A stretch of DNA of 64,000 nt from Macrostomum lignano. Its lineage: Eukaryota. Location: contig NIVC01004016.1 of the NCBI GenBank assembly GCA_002269645.1, forward strand, positions 1-64,000, read 5' to 3'. Below, piece by piece: positions 1 through 14,200 of the stretch. The notes under the pieces are model-generated. The model was not told the origin of the DNA and ran no database searches. It was given only the letters and a program-made list of their open reading frames with translations. A program made the position numbers and the translations under genes. Each line of letters opens with the position of its first letter. Within the stretch, counting starts at the first letter, position 1.

Positions 1-1673
1 TGTTCGGCCCAGCTACGAAAATAGATGATTTGTTTTAATCCTGCCGTTTTAGGCGAATTCTTTCGAATTCTTTTAATTTGCTTTGGACATGACTGTGAGC
101 AGCGATTCTCAAAGAATTCGATAGTGAAAAGAATCGCTTCATTCTTCTTCGCTTTTAATTAGAACAACTTCGCTGATTTCAAACATGTTTTAATCGACAA
201 TTAATTATCTATTCGCTGCTCTTTTATGTGTTTGGGGTTATAAATTTTGTTTAATTGTAATACACATTTTGTGTCGTTGAGTAAAAAATGTTTATTTTTT
301 GTTCTTATAAAGTTATAAGTATTAAAAACCATAAAACAATTTTCGCTAATAGTCCCATATATGAGACATTTAAAACAATATATTCTGTACTTTATTAGCC
401 ATCTCTTCAAAAATTTGAAAGTTATAAAGTCCTGATTTAGAGACACTATATAATTCAGAAGGAAACAGCATTCTGATTTTTATTTAGAGATTAGACCTAC
501 ACTAAAACTTTCTTGAAAGTGGAGGTAAAGCTACTTTGAATTTGTTTTCCAGCATTTGTATGGCCTTCAAAATTGCTAGTTTTAATGAGTGAAAAGAAGA
601 AAGGCTTTATAAATTTTTAAAAACTTCAAAAGTTTGCATTTATAACTTTTTATAATTATAACTTTTATCTTAATTTAAAACAATAAATTTCAACTCTGAT
701 TTAAGCATAACATTAACACAATAACAATTGCCCATGTAGTTCGCTCATTAATTTTCTTTTTTAAATAATGTTAAAAATGGTATATCTTGTACTTCGCATT
801 CTCCAAGGCTTCTGTAGTTACAGTCGTAGACGTTTCTTGTTCTATTCATTTTGCCGAAACTATTGGGTTTATATGTGTCATCAAATCACTGTATTATAAA
901 CACAGTATTAGTATTTGATTTTTAAAATTTTATTTAACACACTATACATACTTAGATGATGAAGAGAAAAAATTAAGATATTTATTCACTTACAATTCCA
1001 ACGCTGTTGGGCTCCGGCCCACGAAATTCCCTTTGGCGCGTCCTCCTTTTTTCTACTGTAAGCATTCTGATATGAGGAACAATACCAAAGCGTAAAAAAC
1101 AGGCGAATTTGTGAAAAGTTAAAAATTGAATTGATAAACCCTAAATCTTTTACTATGGTTCCAATTAGCTAGGGCATATGTTTATTTATTTTTTAAAAAA
1201 ATACCTTTTTTTAATTTTTTAATAGGAATTTTTACGTAGATTGAAAGCTTTTGATTCGATCTAATAAAAACAGAGCATTAATTTGTTATAGTTTTTGTGA
1301 CGATAAAATTTTACCGGAAAACAACATACCATAGTAAAGTGTTAGAAGAGGCTAATTATGCCTAACCCTTGTGAAGAGACATGGGAGGGGTAGGGTAGTA
1401 TATTTAGAGCGTCAGACTTTAAAATCCCACTAGTTTTATCGTTTCTTTACTTATTCAGCGAAGCAGGAGCGGTCTTCATGGGACTCGTTTCTGATGTACC
1501 CACCGATGTAGTGGCAAAAATTGAAATGGCGACTGGTATTAGGGATATTTTTCGTTCATGTTCATGGAAATTTAAAAAATCGCTGCAAAGAAAGATAGCG
1601 GAAGTGTCTCCAAAGCTTACCTCTTATATGAGGTAAACTAATCTAGCTGCAAGACAATGCTACAAGCTTTTAT

Positions 1674-1712
1674 CAAGGACCACTGTAATATAGCTATATA
1701 CAGTGGTCCTTG
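1674..1712. repeat. Near-perfect 39-bp palindrome flanked by a 12-bp direct repeat
   Basis: Arms caaggaccactgta (1674-1687) and tacagtggtccttg (1699-1712) surround atatagctata. The direct repeat gcttttatcaag occurs at 1666-1677 and 1713-1724. Confidence 0.8.
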
Positions 1713-2236
1713 GCTTTTATCAAGATAAGCTGGATTTTTAACAACAGAGTTCTTTTTGGGTAGATTAGAAAGAAATTAGGTTGCTCTTAAAGATTGAGCT
1801 GTTGTGTATTCAAACATATACAAGTACATAAATACTGTACTGTACGAAATTATAAGAAGCTTTCTGGTAGTTATAGAAGGCAAGGATAGGATTAACTTAT
1901 TAAATAGAGCATGAATAGTACGTATCAGCTAGTCATTCGCAATTACACCCTACAGCAAAGTATCTATCTTAACAACATTCGAGTGAATATGCGCTGGAAA
2001 AATTTAAAGCGACAAGAGATTATGTTTACAATATAGCGCTATTGCTAACAGTCTGTTTTCCGACCCTATTTTAAAATTGATTTCAGCATGCATGTTTGTG
2101 GAGAGTTTATGTACAGTACGAGCTTGTACTAGCGAGGTAGTGAATCATAGCGTTAACAAGCTGCAATCCTAGGGGTGGCTGTTAACTGTTTTTTAATGCG
2201 ATTGATATGATACGATCATCATCGTACGATCATTTC

Positions 2237-2260
2237 ATCATGTATGGTACCATACATGAT
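2237..2260. repeat. Perfect 24-bp palindrome at the left edge of the satellite-bearing element
   Basis: atcatgtatggtaccatacatgat equals its own reverse complement. Confidence 0.9.
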
Positions 2261-5200
2261 CAAGCGCGTCGCCACCGGGGGGGGGGGAACAGGGGGAAAG
2301 TAAAAGCTATTGCCAATGCCCCCCTCACCACCACCTTGTGACTCGTTGTGGTAATTAATAATTTTTCTTAAGGGCGCTAAAATATAGCGCCTTCGGCGCC
2401 AAAATGAGTGCTGCGGCGCTAAAAGTAATGCCTGCGGCGCTAAAATGAGTATCTACGGCGCTAAAAGGAATGCCTGCGCGCTAAAATGAGTATCTACGGC
2501 GCTAAAAGGAATGCCTGCGCGCTAAAATGAGTATCTACGGCGCTAAAAGGAATGCCTGCGCGCTAAAATGAGTATCTACGGCGCTAAAAGGAATGCCTGC
2601 GGCGCTAAAATGAGTATCTACGGCGCTAAAAGGAATGCCTGCGGCGCTAAAATGAGTATCTACGGCGCTAAAAGGAATGCCTGCGGCGCTAAAATGAGTA
2701 TCTACGGCGCTAAAAGGAATGCTCGCGGCGCTAAAATGAGTATCTACGGCGCTAAAAGGAATGCCTGCGGCGCTAAAATGAGTATCTACGGCGCTAAAAG
2801 GAATGCCTGCGGCGCTAAAATGAGTATCTACGGCGCTAAAATGAGTATCTACGGCGCTAAAAGGAATGCCTGCGGCGCTAAAATGAGTATCTACGGCGCT
2901 AAAAGGAATGCCTGCGGCGCTAAAATGAGTATCTACGGCGCTAAAAGGAATGCCTGCGGCGCTAAAATGAGTATCTACGGCGCTAAAAGGAATGCCTGCG
3001 GCGCTAAAATGAGTATCTACGGCGCTAAAAGGAATGCCTGCGGCGCTAAAATGAGTATCTACGGCGCTAAAAGGAATGCCTGCGGCGCTAAAATGAGTAT
3101 CTACGGCGCTAAAAGGAATGCCTGCGGCGCTAAAATGAGTATCTACGGCGCTAAAAGGAATGCCTGCGGCGCTAAAATGAGTATCTACGGCGCTAAAAGG
3201 AATGCCTGCGGCGCTAAAATGAGTATCTACGGCGCTAAAAGGAATGCCTGCGGCGCTAAAATGAGTATCTACGGCGCTAAAAGGAATGCCTGCGGCGCTA
3301 AAATGAGTATCTACGGCGCTAAAAGGAATGCCTGCGGCGCTAAAATGAGTATCTACGGCGCTAAAAGGAATGCCTGCGGCGCTAAAATGAGTATCTACGG
3401 CGCTAAAAGGAATGCCTGCGGCGCTAAAATGAGTATCTACGGCGCTAAAAGGAATGCCTGCGGCGCTAAAATGAGTATCTACGGCGCTAAAAGGAATGCC
3501 TGCGGCGCTAAAATGAGTATCTACGGCGCTAAAAGGAATGCCTGCGGCGCTAAAATGAGTATCTACGGCGCTAAAAGGAATGCCTGCGGCGCTAAAATGA
3601 GTATCTACGGCGCTAAAAGGAATGCCTGCGGCGCTAAAATGAGTATCTACGGCGCTAAAAGGAATGCCTGCGGCGCTAAAATGAGTATCTACGGCGCTAA
3701 AAGGAATGCCTGCGGCGCTAAAATGAGTATCTACGGCGCTAAAAGGAATGCCTGCGGCGCTAAAATGAGTATCTACGGCGCTAAAAGGAATGCCTGCGGC
3801 GCTAAAATGAGTATCTACGGCGCTAAAAGGAATGCCTGCGGCGCTAAAATGAGTATCTACGGCGCTAAAAGGAATGCCTGCGGCGCTAAAATGAGTATCT
3901 ACGGCGCTAAAAGGAATGCCTGCGGCGCTAAAATGAGTATCTACGGCGCTAAAAGGAATGCCTGCGGCGCTAAAATGAGTATCTACGGCGCTAAAAGGAA
4001 TGCCTGCGGCGCTAAAATGAGTATCTACGGCGCTAAAAGGAATGCCTGCGGCGCTAAAATGAGTATCTACGGCGCTAAAAGGAATGCCTGCGGCGCTAAA
4101 ATGAGTATCTACGGCGCTAAAAGGAATGCCTGCGGCGCTAAAATGAGTATCTACGGCGCTAAAAGGAATGCCTGCGGCGCTAAAATGAGTATCTACGGCG
4201 CTAAAAGGAATGCCTGCGGCGCTAAAATGAGTATCTACGGCGCTAAAAGGAATGCCTGCGGCGCTAAAATGAGTATCTACGGCGCTAAAAGGAATGCCTG
4301 CGGCGCTAAAATGAGTATCTACGGCGCTAAAAGGAATGCCTGCGGCGCTAAAATGAGTATCTACGGCGCTAAAAGGAATGCCTGCGGCGCTAAAATGAGT
4401 ATCTACGGCGCTAAAAGGAATGCCTGCGGCGCTAAAATGAGTATCTACGGCGCTAAAAGGAATGCCTGCGGCGCTAAAATGAGTATCTACGGCGCTAAAA
4501 GGAATGCCTGCGGCGCTAAAATGAGTATCTACGGCGCTAAAAGGAATGCCTGCGGCGCTAAAATGAGTATCTACGGCGCTAAAAGGAATGCCTGCGGCGC
4601 TAAAATGAGTATCTACGGCGCTAAAAGGAATGCCTGCGGCGCTAAAATGAGTATCTACGGCGCTAAAAGGAATGCCTGCGGCGCTAAAATGAGTATCTAC
4701 GGCGCTAAAAGGAATGCCTGCGGCGCTAAAATGAGTATCTACGGCGCTAAAAGGAATGCCTGCGGCGCTAAAATGAGTATCTACGGCGCTAAAAGGAATG
4801 CCTGCGGCGCTAAAATGAGTATCTACGGCGCTAAAAGGAATGCCTGCGGCGCTAAAATGAGTATCTACGGCGCTAAAAGGAATGCCTGCGGCGCTAAAAT
4901 GAGTATCTACGGCGCTAAAAGGAATGCCTGCGGCGCTAAAATGAGTATCTACGGCGCTAAAAGGAATGCCTGCGGCGCTAAAATGAGTATCTACGGCGCT
5001 AAAAGGAATGCCTGCGGCGCTAAAATGAGTATCTACGGCGCTAAAAGGAATGCCTGCGGCGCTAAAATGAGTATCTACGGCGCTAAAAGGAATGCCTGCG
5101 GCGCTAAAATGAGTATCTACGGCGCTAAAAGGAATGCCTGCGGCGCTAAAATGAGTATCTACGGCGCTAAAATGAGTATCTACGGCGCTAAAAGGAATGC

Positions 5201-8200
5201 CTGCGGCGCTAAAATGAGTATCTACGGCGCTAAAAGGAATGCCTGCGGCGCTAAAATGAGTATCTACGGCGCTAAAAGGAATGCCTGCGGCGCTAAAATG
5301 AGTATCTACGGCGCTAAAAGGAATGCCTGCGGCGCTAAAATGAGTATCTACGGCGCTAAAAGGAATGCCTGCGGCGCTAAAATGAGTATCTACGGCGCTA
5401 AAAGGAATGCCTGCGGCGCTAAAATGAGTATCTACGGCGCTAAAAGGAATGCCTGCGGCGCTAAAATGAGTATCTACGGCGCTAAAAGGAATGCCTGCGG
5501 CGCTAAAATGAGTATCTACGGCGCTAAAAGGAATGCCTGCGGCGCTAAAATGAGTATCTACGGCGCTAAAAGGAATGCCTGCGGCGCTAAAATGAGTATC
5601 TACGGCGCTAAAAGGAATGCCTGCGGCGCTAAAATGAGTATCTACGGCGCTAAAAGGAATGCCTGCGGCGCTAAAATGAGTATCTACGGCGCTAAAAGGA
5701 ATGCCTGCGGCGCTAAAATGAGTATCTACGGCGCTAAAAGGATCTGCGGCGCTAAAAGGAATGCCTGCGGCGCTAAAATGAGTATCTACGGCGCTAAAAG
5801 GAATGCCTGCGGCGCTAAAATGAGTATCTACGGCGCTAAAAGGAATGCCTGCGGCGCTAAAATGAGTATCTACGGCGCTAAAAGGAATGCCTGCGGCGCT
5901 AAAATGAGTATCTACGGCGCTAAAAGGAATGCCTGCGGCGCTAAAATGAGTATCTACGGCGCTAAAAGGAATGCCTGCGGCGCTAAAATGAGTATCTACG
6001 GCGCTAAAAGGAATGCCTGCGGCGCTAAAATGAGTATCTACGGCGCTAAAAGGAATGCCTGCGGCGCTAAAATGAGTATCTACGGCGCTAAAAGGAATGC
6101 CTGCGGCGCTAAAATGAGTATCTACGGCGCTAAAAGGAATGCCTGCGGCGCTAAAATGAGTATCTACGGCGCTAAAAGGAATGCCTGCGGCGCTAAAATG
6201 AGTATCTACGGCGCTAAAAGGAATGCCTGCGGCGCTAAAATGAGTATCTACGGCGCTAAAAGGAATGCCTGCGGCGCTAAAATGAGTATCTACGGCGCTA
6301 AAAGGAATGCCTGCGGCGCTAAAATGCTACGGCGCTAAATGAGTATCTACGGCGCTAAAAGGAATGCCTGCGGCGCTAAAATGAGTATCTACGGCGCTAA
6401 AAGGAATGCCTGCGGCGCTAAAATGAGTATCTACGGCGCTAAAAGGAATGCCTGCGGCGCTAAAATGAGTATCTACGGCGCTAAAAGGAATGCCTGCGGC
6501 GCTAAAATGAGTATCTACGGCGCTAAAAGGAATGCCTGCGGCGCTAAAATGAGTATCTACGGCGCTAAAAGGAATGCCTGCGGCGCTAAAATGAGTATCT
6601 ACGGCGCTAAAAGGAATGCCTGCGGCGCTAAAATGAGTATCTACGGCGCTAAAAGGAATGCCTGCGGCGCTAAAATGAGTATCTACGGCGCTAAAAGGAA
6701 TGCCTGCGGCGCTAAAATGAGTATCTACGGCGCTAAAAGGAATGCCTGCGGCGCTAAAATGAGTATCTACGGCGCTAAAAGGAATGCCTGCGGCGCTAAA
6801 ATGAGTATCTACGGCGCTAAAAGGAATGCCTGCGGCGCTAAAATGAGTATCTACGGCGCTAAAAGGAATGCCTGCGGCGCTAAAATGAGTATCTACGGCG
6901 CTAAAAGGAATGCCTGCGGCGCTAAAATGAGTATCTACGGCGCTAAAAGGAATGCCTGCGGCGCTAAAATGAGTATCTACGGCGCTAAAAGGAATGCCTG
7001 CGGCGCTAAAATGAGTATCTACGGCGCTAAAAGGAATGCCTGCGGCGCTAAAATGAGTATCTACGGCGCTAAAAGGAATGCCTGCGGCGCTAAAATGAGT
7101 ATCTACGGCGCTAAAAGGAATGCCTGCGGCGCTAAAATGAGTATCTACGGCGCTAAAAGGAATGCCTGCGGCGCTAAAATGAGTATCTACGGCGCTAAAA
7201 GGAATGCCTGCGGCGCTAAAATGAGTATCTACGGCGCTAAAAGGAATGCCTGCGGCGCTAAAATGAGTATCTACGGCGCTAAAAGGAATGCCTGCGGCGC
7301 TAAAATGAGTATCTACGGCGCTAAAATGAGTATCTACGGCGCTAAAAGGAATGCCTGCGGCGCTAAAATGAGTATCTACGGCGCTAAAAGGAATGCCTGC
7401 GGCGCTAAAATGAGTATCTACGGCGCTAAAAGGAATGCCTGCGGCGCTAAAATGAGTATCTACGGCGCTAAAAGGAATGCCTGCGGCGCTAAAATGAGTA
7501 TCTACGGCGCTAAAAGGAATGCCTGCGGCGCTAAAATGAGTATCTACGGCGCTAAAAGGAATGCCTGCGGCGCTAAAATGAGTATCTACGGCGCTAAAAG
7601 GAATGCCTGCGGCGCTAAAATGAGTATCTACGGCGCTAAAAGGAATGCCTGCGGCGCTAAAATGAGTATCTACGGCGCTAAAAGGAATGCCTGCGGCGCT
7701 AAAATGAGTATCTACGGCGCTAAAAGGAATGCCTGCGGCGCTAAAATGAGTATCTACGGCGCTAAAAGGAATGCCTGCGGCGCTAAAATGAGTATCTACG
7801 GCGCTAAAAGGAATGCCTGCGGCGCTAAAATGAGTATCTACGGCGCTAAAAGGAATGCCTGCGGCGCTAAAATGAGTATCTACGGCGCTAAAAGGAATGC
7901 CTGCGGCGCTAAAATGAGTATCTACGGCGCTAAAAGGAATGCCTGCGGCGCTAAAATGAGTATCTACGGCGCTAAAAGGAATGCCTGCGGCGCTAAAATG
8001 AGTATCTACGGCGCTAAAAGGAATGCCTGCGGCGCTAAAATGAGTATCTACGGCGCTAAAAGGAATGCCTGCGGCGCTAAAATGAGTATCTACGGCGCTA
8101 AAAGGAATGCCTGCGGCGCTAAAATGAGTATCTACGGCGCTAAAAGGAATGCCTGCGGCGCTAAAATGAGTATCTACGGCGCTAAAAGGAATGCCTGCGG

Positions 8201-11200
8201 CGCTAAAATGAGTATCTACGGCGCTAAAAGGAATGCCTGCGGCGCTAAAATGAGTATCTACGGCGCTAAAAGGAATGCCTGCGGCGCTAAAATGAGTATC
8301 TACGGCGCTAAAAGGAATGCCTGCGGCGCTAAAATGAGTATCTACGGCGCTAAAAGGAATGCCTGCGGCGCTAAAATGAGTATCTACGGCGCTAAAAGGA
8401 ATGCCTGCGGCGCTAAAATGAGTATCTACGGCGCTAAAAGGAATGCCTGCGGCGCTAAAATGAGTATCTACGGCGCTAAAAGGAATGCCTGCGGCGCTAA
8501 AATGAGTATCTACGGCGCTAAAAGGAATGCCTGCGGCGCTAAAATGAGTATCTACGGCGCTAAAAGGAATGCCTGCGGCGCTAAAATGAGTATCTACGGC
8601 GCTAAAAGGAATGCCTGCGGCGCTAAAATGAGTATCTACGGCGCTAAAAGGAATGCCTGCGGCGCTAAAATGAGTATCTACGGCGCTAAAAGGAATGCCT
8701 GCGGCGCTAAAATGAGTATCTACGGCGCTAAAAGGAATGCCTGCGGCGCTAAAATGAGTATCTACGGCGCTAAAAGGAATGCCTGCGGCGCTAAAATGAG
8801 TATCTACGGCGCTAAAAGGAATGCCTGCGGCGCTAAAATGAGTATCTACGGCGCTAAAAGGAATGCCTGCGGCGCTAAAATGAGTATCTACGGCGCTAAA
8901 AGGAATGCCTGCGGCGCTAAAATGAGTATCTACGGCGCTAAAAGGAATGCCTGCGGCGCTAAAATGAGTATCTACGGCGCTAAAAGGAATGCCTGCGGCG
9001 CTAAAATGAGTATCTACGGCGCTAAAAGGAATGCCTGCGGCGCTAAAATGAGTATCTACGGCGCTAAAAGGAATGCCTGCGGCGCTAAAATGAGTATCTA
9101 CGGCGCTAAAAGGAATGCCTGCGGCGCTAAAATGAGTATCTACGGCGCTAAAAGGAATGCCTGCGGCGCTAAAATGAGTATCTACGGCGCTAAAAGGAAT
9201 GCCTGCGGCGCTAAAATGAGTATCTACGGCGCTAAAAGGAATGCCTGCGGCGCTAAAATGAGTATCTACGGCGCTAAAAGGAATGCCTGCGGCGCTAAAA
9301 TGAGTATCTACGGCGCTAAAAGGAATGCCTGCGGCGCTAAAATGAGTATCTACGGCGCTAAAAGGAATGCCTGCGGCGCTAAAATGAGTATCTACGGCGC
9401 TAAAAGGAATGCCTGCGGCGCTAAAATGAGTATCTACGGCGCTAAAAGGAATGCCTGCGGCGCTAAAATGAGTATCTACGGCGCTAAAAGGAATGCCTGC
9501 GGCGCTAAAATGAGTATCTACGGCGCTAAAAGGAATGCCTGCGGCGCTAAAATGAGTATCTACGGCGCTAAAAGGAATGCCTGCGGCGCTAAAATGAGTA
9601 TCTACGGCGCTAAAAGGAATGCCTGCGGCGCTAAAATGAGTATCTACGGCGCTAAAAGGAATGCCTGCGGCGCTAAAATGAGTATCTACGGCGCTAAAAG
9701 GAATGCCTGCGGCGCTAAAATGAGTATCTACGGCGCTAAAAGGAATGCCTGCGGCGCTAAAATGAGTATCTACGGCGCTAAAAGGAATGCCTGCGGCGCT
9801 AAAATGAGTATCTACGGCGCTAAAAGGAATGCCTGCGGCGCTAAAATGAGTATCTACGGCGCTAAAAGGAATGCCTGCGGCGCTAAAATGAGTATCTACG
9901 GCGCTAAAAGGAATGCCTGCGGCGCTAAAATGAGTATCTACGGCGCTAAAAGGAATGCCTGCGGCGCTAAAATGAGTATCTACGGCGCTAAAAGGAATGC
10001 CTGCGGCGCTAAAATGAGTATCTACGGCGCTAAAAGGAATGCCTGCGGCGCTAAAATGAGTATCTACGGCGCTAAAAGGAATGCCTGCGGCGCTAAAATG
10101 AGTATCTACGGCGCTAAAAGGAATGCCTGCGGCGCTAAAATGAGTATCTACGGCGCTAAAAGGAATGCCTGCGGCGCTAAAATGAGTATCTACGGCGCTA
10201 AAAGGAATGCCTGCGGCGCTAAAATGAGTATCTACGGCGCTAAAAGGAATGCCTGCGGCGCTAAAATGAGTATCTACGGCGCTAAAAGGAATGCCTGCGG
10301 CGCTAAAATGAGTATCTACGGCGCTAAAAGGAATGCCTGCGGCGCTAAAATGAGTATCTACGGCGCTAAAAGGAATGCCTGCGGCGCTAAAATGAGTATC
10401 TACGGCGCTAAAAGGAATGCCTGCGGCGCTAAAATGAGTATCTACGGCGCTAAAAGGAATGCCTGCGGCGCTAAAATGAGTATCTACGGCGCTAAAAGGA
10501 ATGCCTGCGGCGCTAAAATGAGTATCTACGGCGCTAAAAGGAATGCCTGCGGCGCTAAAATGAGTATCTACGGCGCTAAAAGGAATGCCTGCGGCGCTAA
10601 AATGAGTATCTACGGCGCTAAAAGGAATGCCTGCGGCGCTAAAATGAGTATCTACGGCGCTAAAAGGAATGCCTGCGGCGCTAAAATGAGTATCTACGGC
10701 GCTAAAAGGAATGCCTGCGGCGCTAAAATGAGTATCTACGGCGCTAAAAGGAATGCCTGCGGCGCTAAAATGAGTATCTACGGCGCTAAAAGGAATGCCT
10801 GCGGCGCTAAAATGAGTATCTACGGCGCTAAAAGGAATGCCTGCGGCGCTAAAATGAGTATCTACGGCGCTAAAAGGAATGCCTGCGGCGCTAAAATGAG
10901 TATCTACGGCGCTAAAAGGAATGCCTGCGGCGCTAAAATGAGTATCTACGGCGCTAAAAGGAATGCCTGCGGCGCTAAAATGAGTATCTACGGCGCTAAA
11001 AGGAACGGCGCTAAAAGCCTGCGGCGCTAAAATGAGTATCTACGGCGCTAAAAGGAATGCCTGCGGCGCTAAAATGAGTATCTACGGCGCTAAAAGGAAT
11101 GCCTGCGGCGCTAAAATGAGTATCTACGGCGCTAAAAGGAATGCCTGCGGCGCTAAAATGAGTATCTACGGCGCTAAAAGGAATGCCTGCGGCGCTAAAA

Positions 11201-14200
11201 TGAGTATCTACGGCGCTAAAAGGAATGCCTGCGGCGCTAAAATGAGTATCTACGGCGCTAAAAGGAATGCCTGCGGCGCTAAAATGAGTATCTACGGCGC
11301 TAAAAGGAATGCCTGCGGCGCTAAAATGAGTATCTACGGCGCTAAAAGGAATGCCTGCGGCGCTAAAATGAGTATCTACGGCGCTAAAAGGAATGCCTGC
11401 GGCGCTAAAATGAGTATCTACGGCGCTAAAAGGATCTACGGCGCTAAAAGGAATGCCTGCGGCGCTAAAATGAGTATCTACGGCGCTAAAAGGAATGCCT
11501 GCGGCGCTAAAATGAGTATCTACGGCGCTAAAAGGAATGCCTGCGGCGCTAAAATGAGTATCTACGGCGCTAAAAGGAATGCCTGCGGCGCTAAAATGAG
11601 TATCTACGGCGCTAAAAGGAATGCCTGCGGCGCTAAAATGAGTATCTACGGCGCTAAAAGGAATGCCTGCGGCGCTAAAATGAGTATCTACGGCGCTAAA
11701 AGGAATGCCTGCGGCGCTAAAAGGAATGCCTGCGGCGCTAAAATGAGTATCTACGGCGCTAAAAGGAATGCCTGCGGCGCTAAAATGAGTATCTACGGCG
11801 CTAAAAGGAATGCCTGCGGCGCTAAAATGAGTATCTACGGCGCTAAAAGGAATGCCTGCGGCGCTAAAATGAGTATCTACGGCGCTAAAAGGAATGCCTG
11901 CGGCGCTAAAATGAGTATCTACGGCGCTAAAAGGAATGCCTGCGGCGCTAAAATGAGTATCTACGGCGCTAAAAGGAATGCCTGCGGCGCTAAAATGAGT
12001 ATCTACGGCGCTAAAAGGAATGCCTGCGGCGCTAAAATGAGTATCTACGGCGCTAAAAGGGCGCTAATGCCTGCGGCGCTAAAATGAGTATCTACGGCGC
12101 TAAAAGGAATGCCTGCGGCGCTAAAATGAGTATCTACGGCGCTAAAAGGAATGCCTGCGGCGCTAAAATGAGTATCTACGGCGCTAAAAGGAATGCCTGC
12201 GGCGCTAAAATGAGTATCTACGGCGCTAAAAGGAATGCCTGCGGCGCTAAAATGAGTATCTACGGCGCTAAAAGGAATGCCTGCGGCGCTAAAATGAGTA
12301 TCTACGGCGCTAAAAGGAATGCCTGCGGCGCTAAAATGAGTATCTACGGCGCTAAAAGGAATGCCTGCGGCGCTAAAATGAGTATCTACGGCGCTAAAAG
12401 GAATGCCTGCGGCGCTAAAATGAGTATCTACGGCGCTAAAAGGAATGCCTGCGGCGCTAAAATGAGTATCTACGGCGCTAAAAGGAATGCCTGCGGCGCT
12501 AAAATGAGTATCTACGGCGCTAAAAGGAATGCCTGCGGCGCTAAAATGAGTATCTACGGCGCTAAAAGGAATGCCTGCGGCGCTAAAATGAGTATCTACG
12601 GCGCTAAAAGGAATGCCTGCGGCGCTAAAATGAGTATCTACGGCGCTAAAAGGAATGCCTGCGGCGCTAAAATGAGTATCTACGGCGCTAAAAGGAATGC
12701 CTGCGGCGCTAAAATGAGTATCTACGGCGCTAAAAGGAATGCCTGCGGCGCTAAAATGAGTATCTACGGCGCTAAAAGGAATGCCTGCGGCGCTAAAATG
12801 AGTATCTACGGCGCTAAAAGGAATGCCTGCGGCGCTAAAATGAGTATCTACGGCGCTAAAAGGAATGCCTGCGGCGCTAAAATGAGTATCTACGGCGCTA
12901 AAAGGAATGCCTGCGGCGCTAAAATGAGTATCTACGGCGCTAAAAGGAATGCCTGCGGCGCTAAAATGAGTATCTACGGCGCTAAAAGGAATGCCTGCGG
13001 CGCTAAAATGAGTATCTACGGCGCTAAAAGGAATGCCTGCGGCGCTAAAATGAGTATCTACGGCGCTAAAAGGAATGCCTGCGGCGCTAAAATGAGTATC
13101 TACGGCGCTAAAAGGAATGCCTGCGGCGCTAAAATGAGTATCTACGGCGCTAAAAGGAATGCCTGCGGCGCTAAAATGAGTATCTACGGCGCTAAAAGGA
13201 ATGCCTGCGGCGCTAAAATGAGTATCTACGGCGCTAAAAGGAATGCCTGCGGCGCTAAAATGAGTATCTACGGCGCTAAAAGGAATGCCTGCGGCGCTAA
13301 AATGAGTATCTACGGCGCTAAAAGGAATGCCTGCGGCGCTAAAATGAGTATCTACGGCGCTAAAAGGAATGCCTGCGGCGCTAAAATGAGTATCTACGGC
13401 GCTAAAAGGAATGCCTGCGGCGCTAAAATGAGTATCTACGGCGCTAAAAGGAATGCCTGCGGCGCTAAAATGAGTATCTACGGCGCTAAAAGGAATGCCT
13501 GCGGCGCTAAAATGAGTATCTACGGCGCTAAAAGGAATGCCTGCGGCGCTAAAATGAGTATCTACGGCGCTAAAAGGAATGCCTGCGGCGCTAAAATGAG
13601 TATCTACGGCGCTAAAAGGAATGCCTGCGGCGCTAAAATGAGTATCTACGGCGCTAAAAGGAATGCCTGCGGCGCTAAAATGAGTATCTACGGCGCTAAA
13701 AGGAATGCCTGCGGCGCTAAAATGAGTATCTACGGCGCTAAAAGGAATGCCTGCGGCGCTAAAATGAGTATCTACGGCGCTAAAAGGAATGCCTGCGGCG
13801 CTAAAATGAGTATCTACGGCGCTAAAAGGAATGCCTGCGGCGCTAAAATGAGTATCTACGGCGCTAAAAGGAATGCCTGCGGCGCTAAAATGAGTATCTA
13901 CGGCGCTAAAAGGAATGCCTGCGGCGCTAAAATGAGTATCTACGGCGCTAAAAGGAATGCCTGCGGCGCTAAAATGAGTATCTACGGCGCTAAAAGGAAT
14001 GCCTGCGGCGCTAAAATGAGTATCTACGGCGCTAAAAGGAATGCCTGCGGCGCTAAAATGAGTATCTACGGCGCTAAAAGGAATGCCTGCGGCGCTAAAA
14101 TGAGTATCTACGGCGCTAAAAGGAATGCCTGCGGCGCTAAAATGAGTATCTACGGCGCTAAAAGGAATGCCTGCGGCGCTAAAATGAGTATCTACGGCGC

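Noticed and set aside
1459-1632. Possible internal exon (ttattcag| ... AG|gtaaac, open frame EAGAVFMGLVSDVP...KLTSYMR)
   Set aside because: Splice signals are plausible, but no phase-compatible neighbouring exon or recognisable domain was found. RNA-seq is needed.
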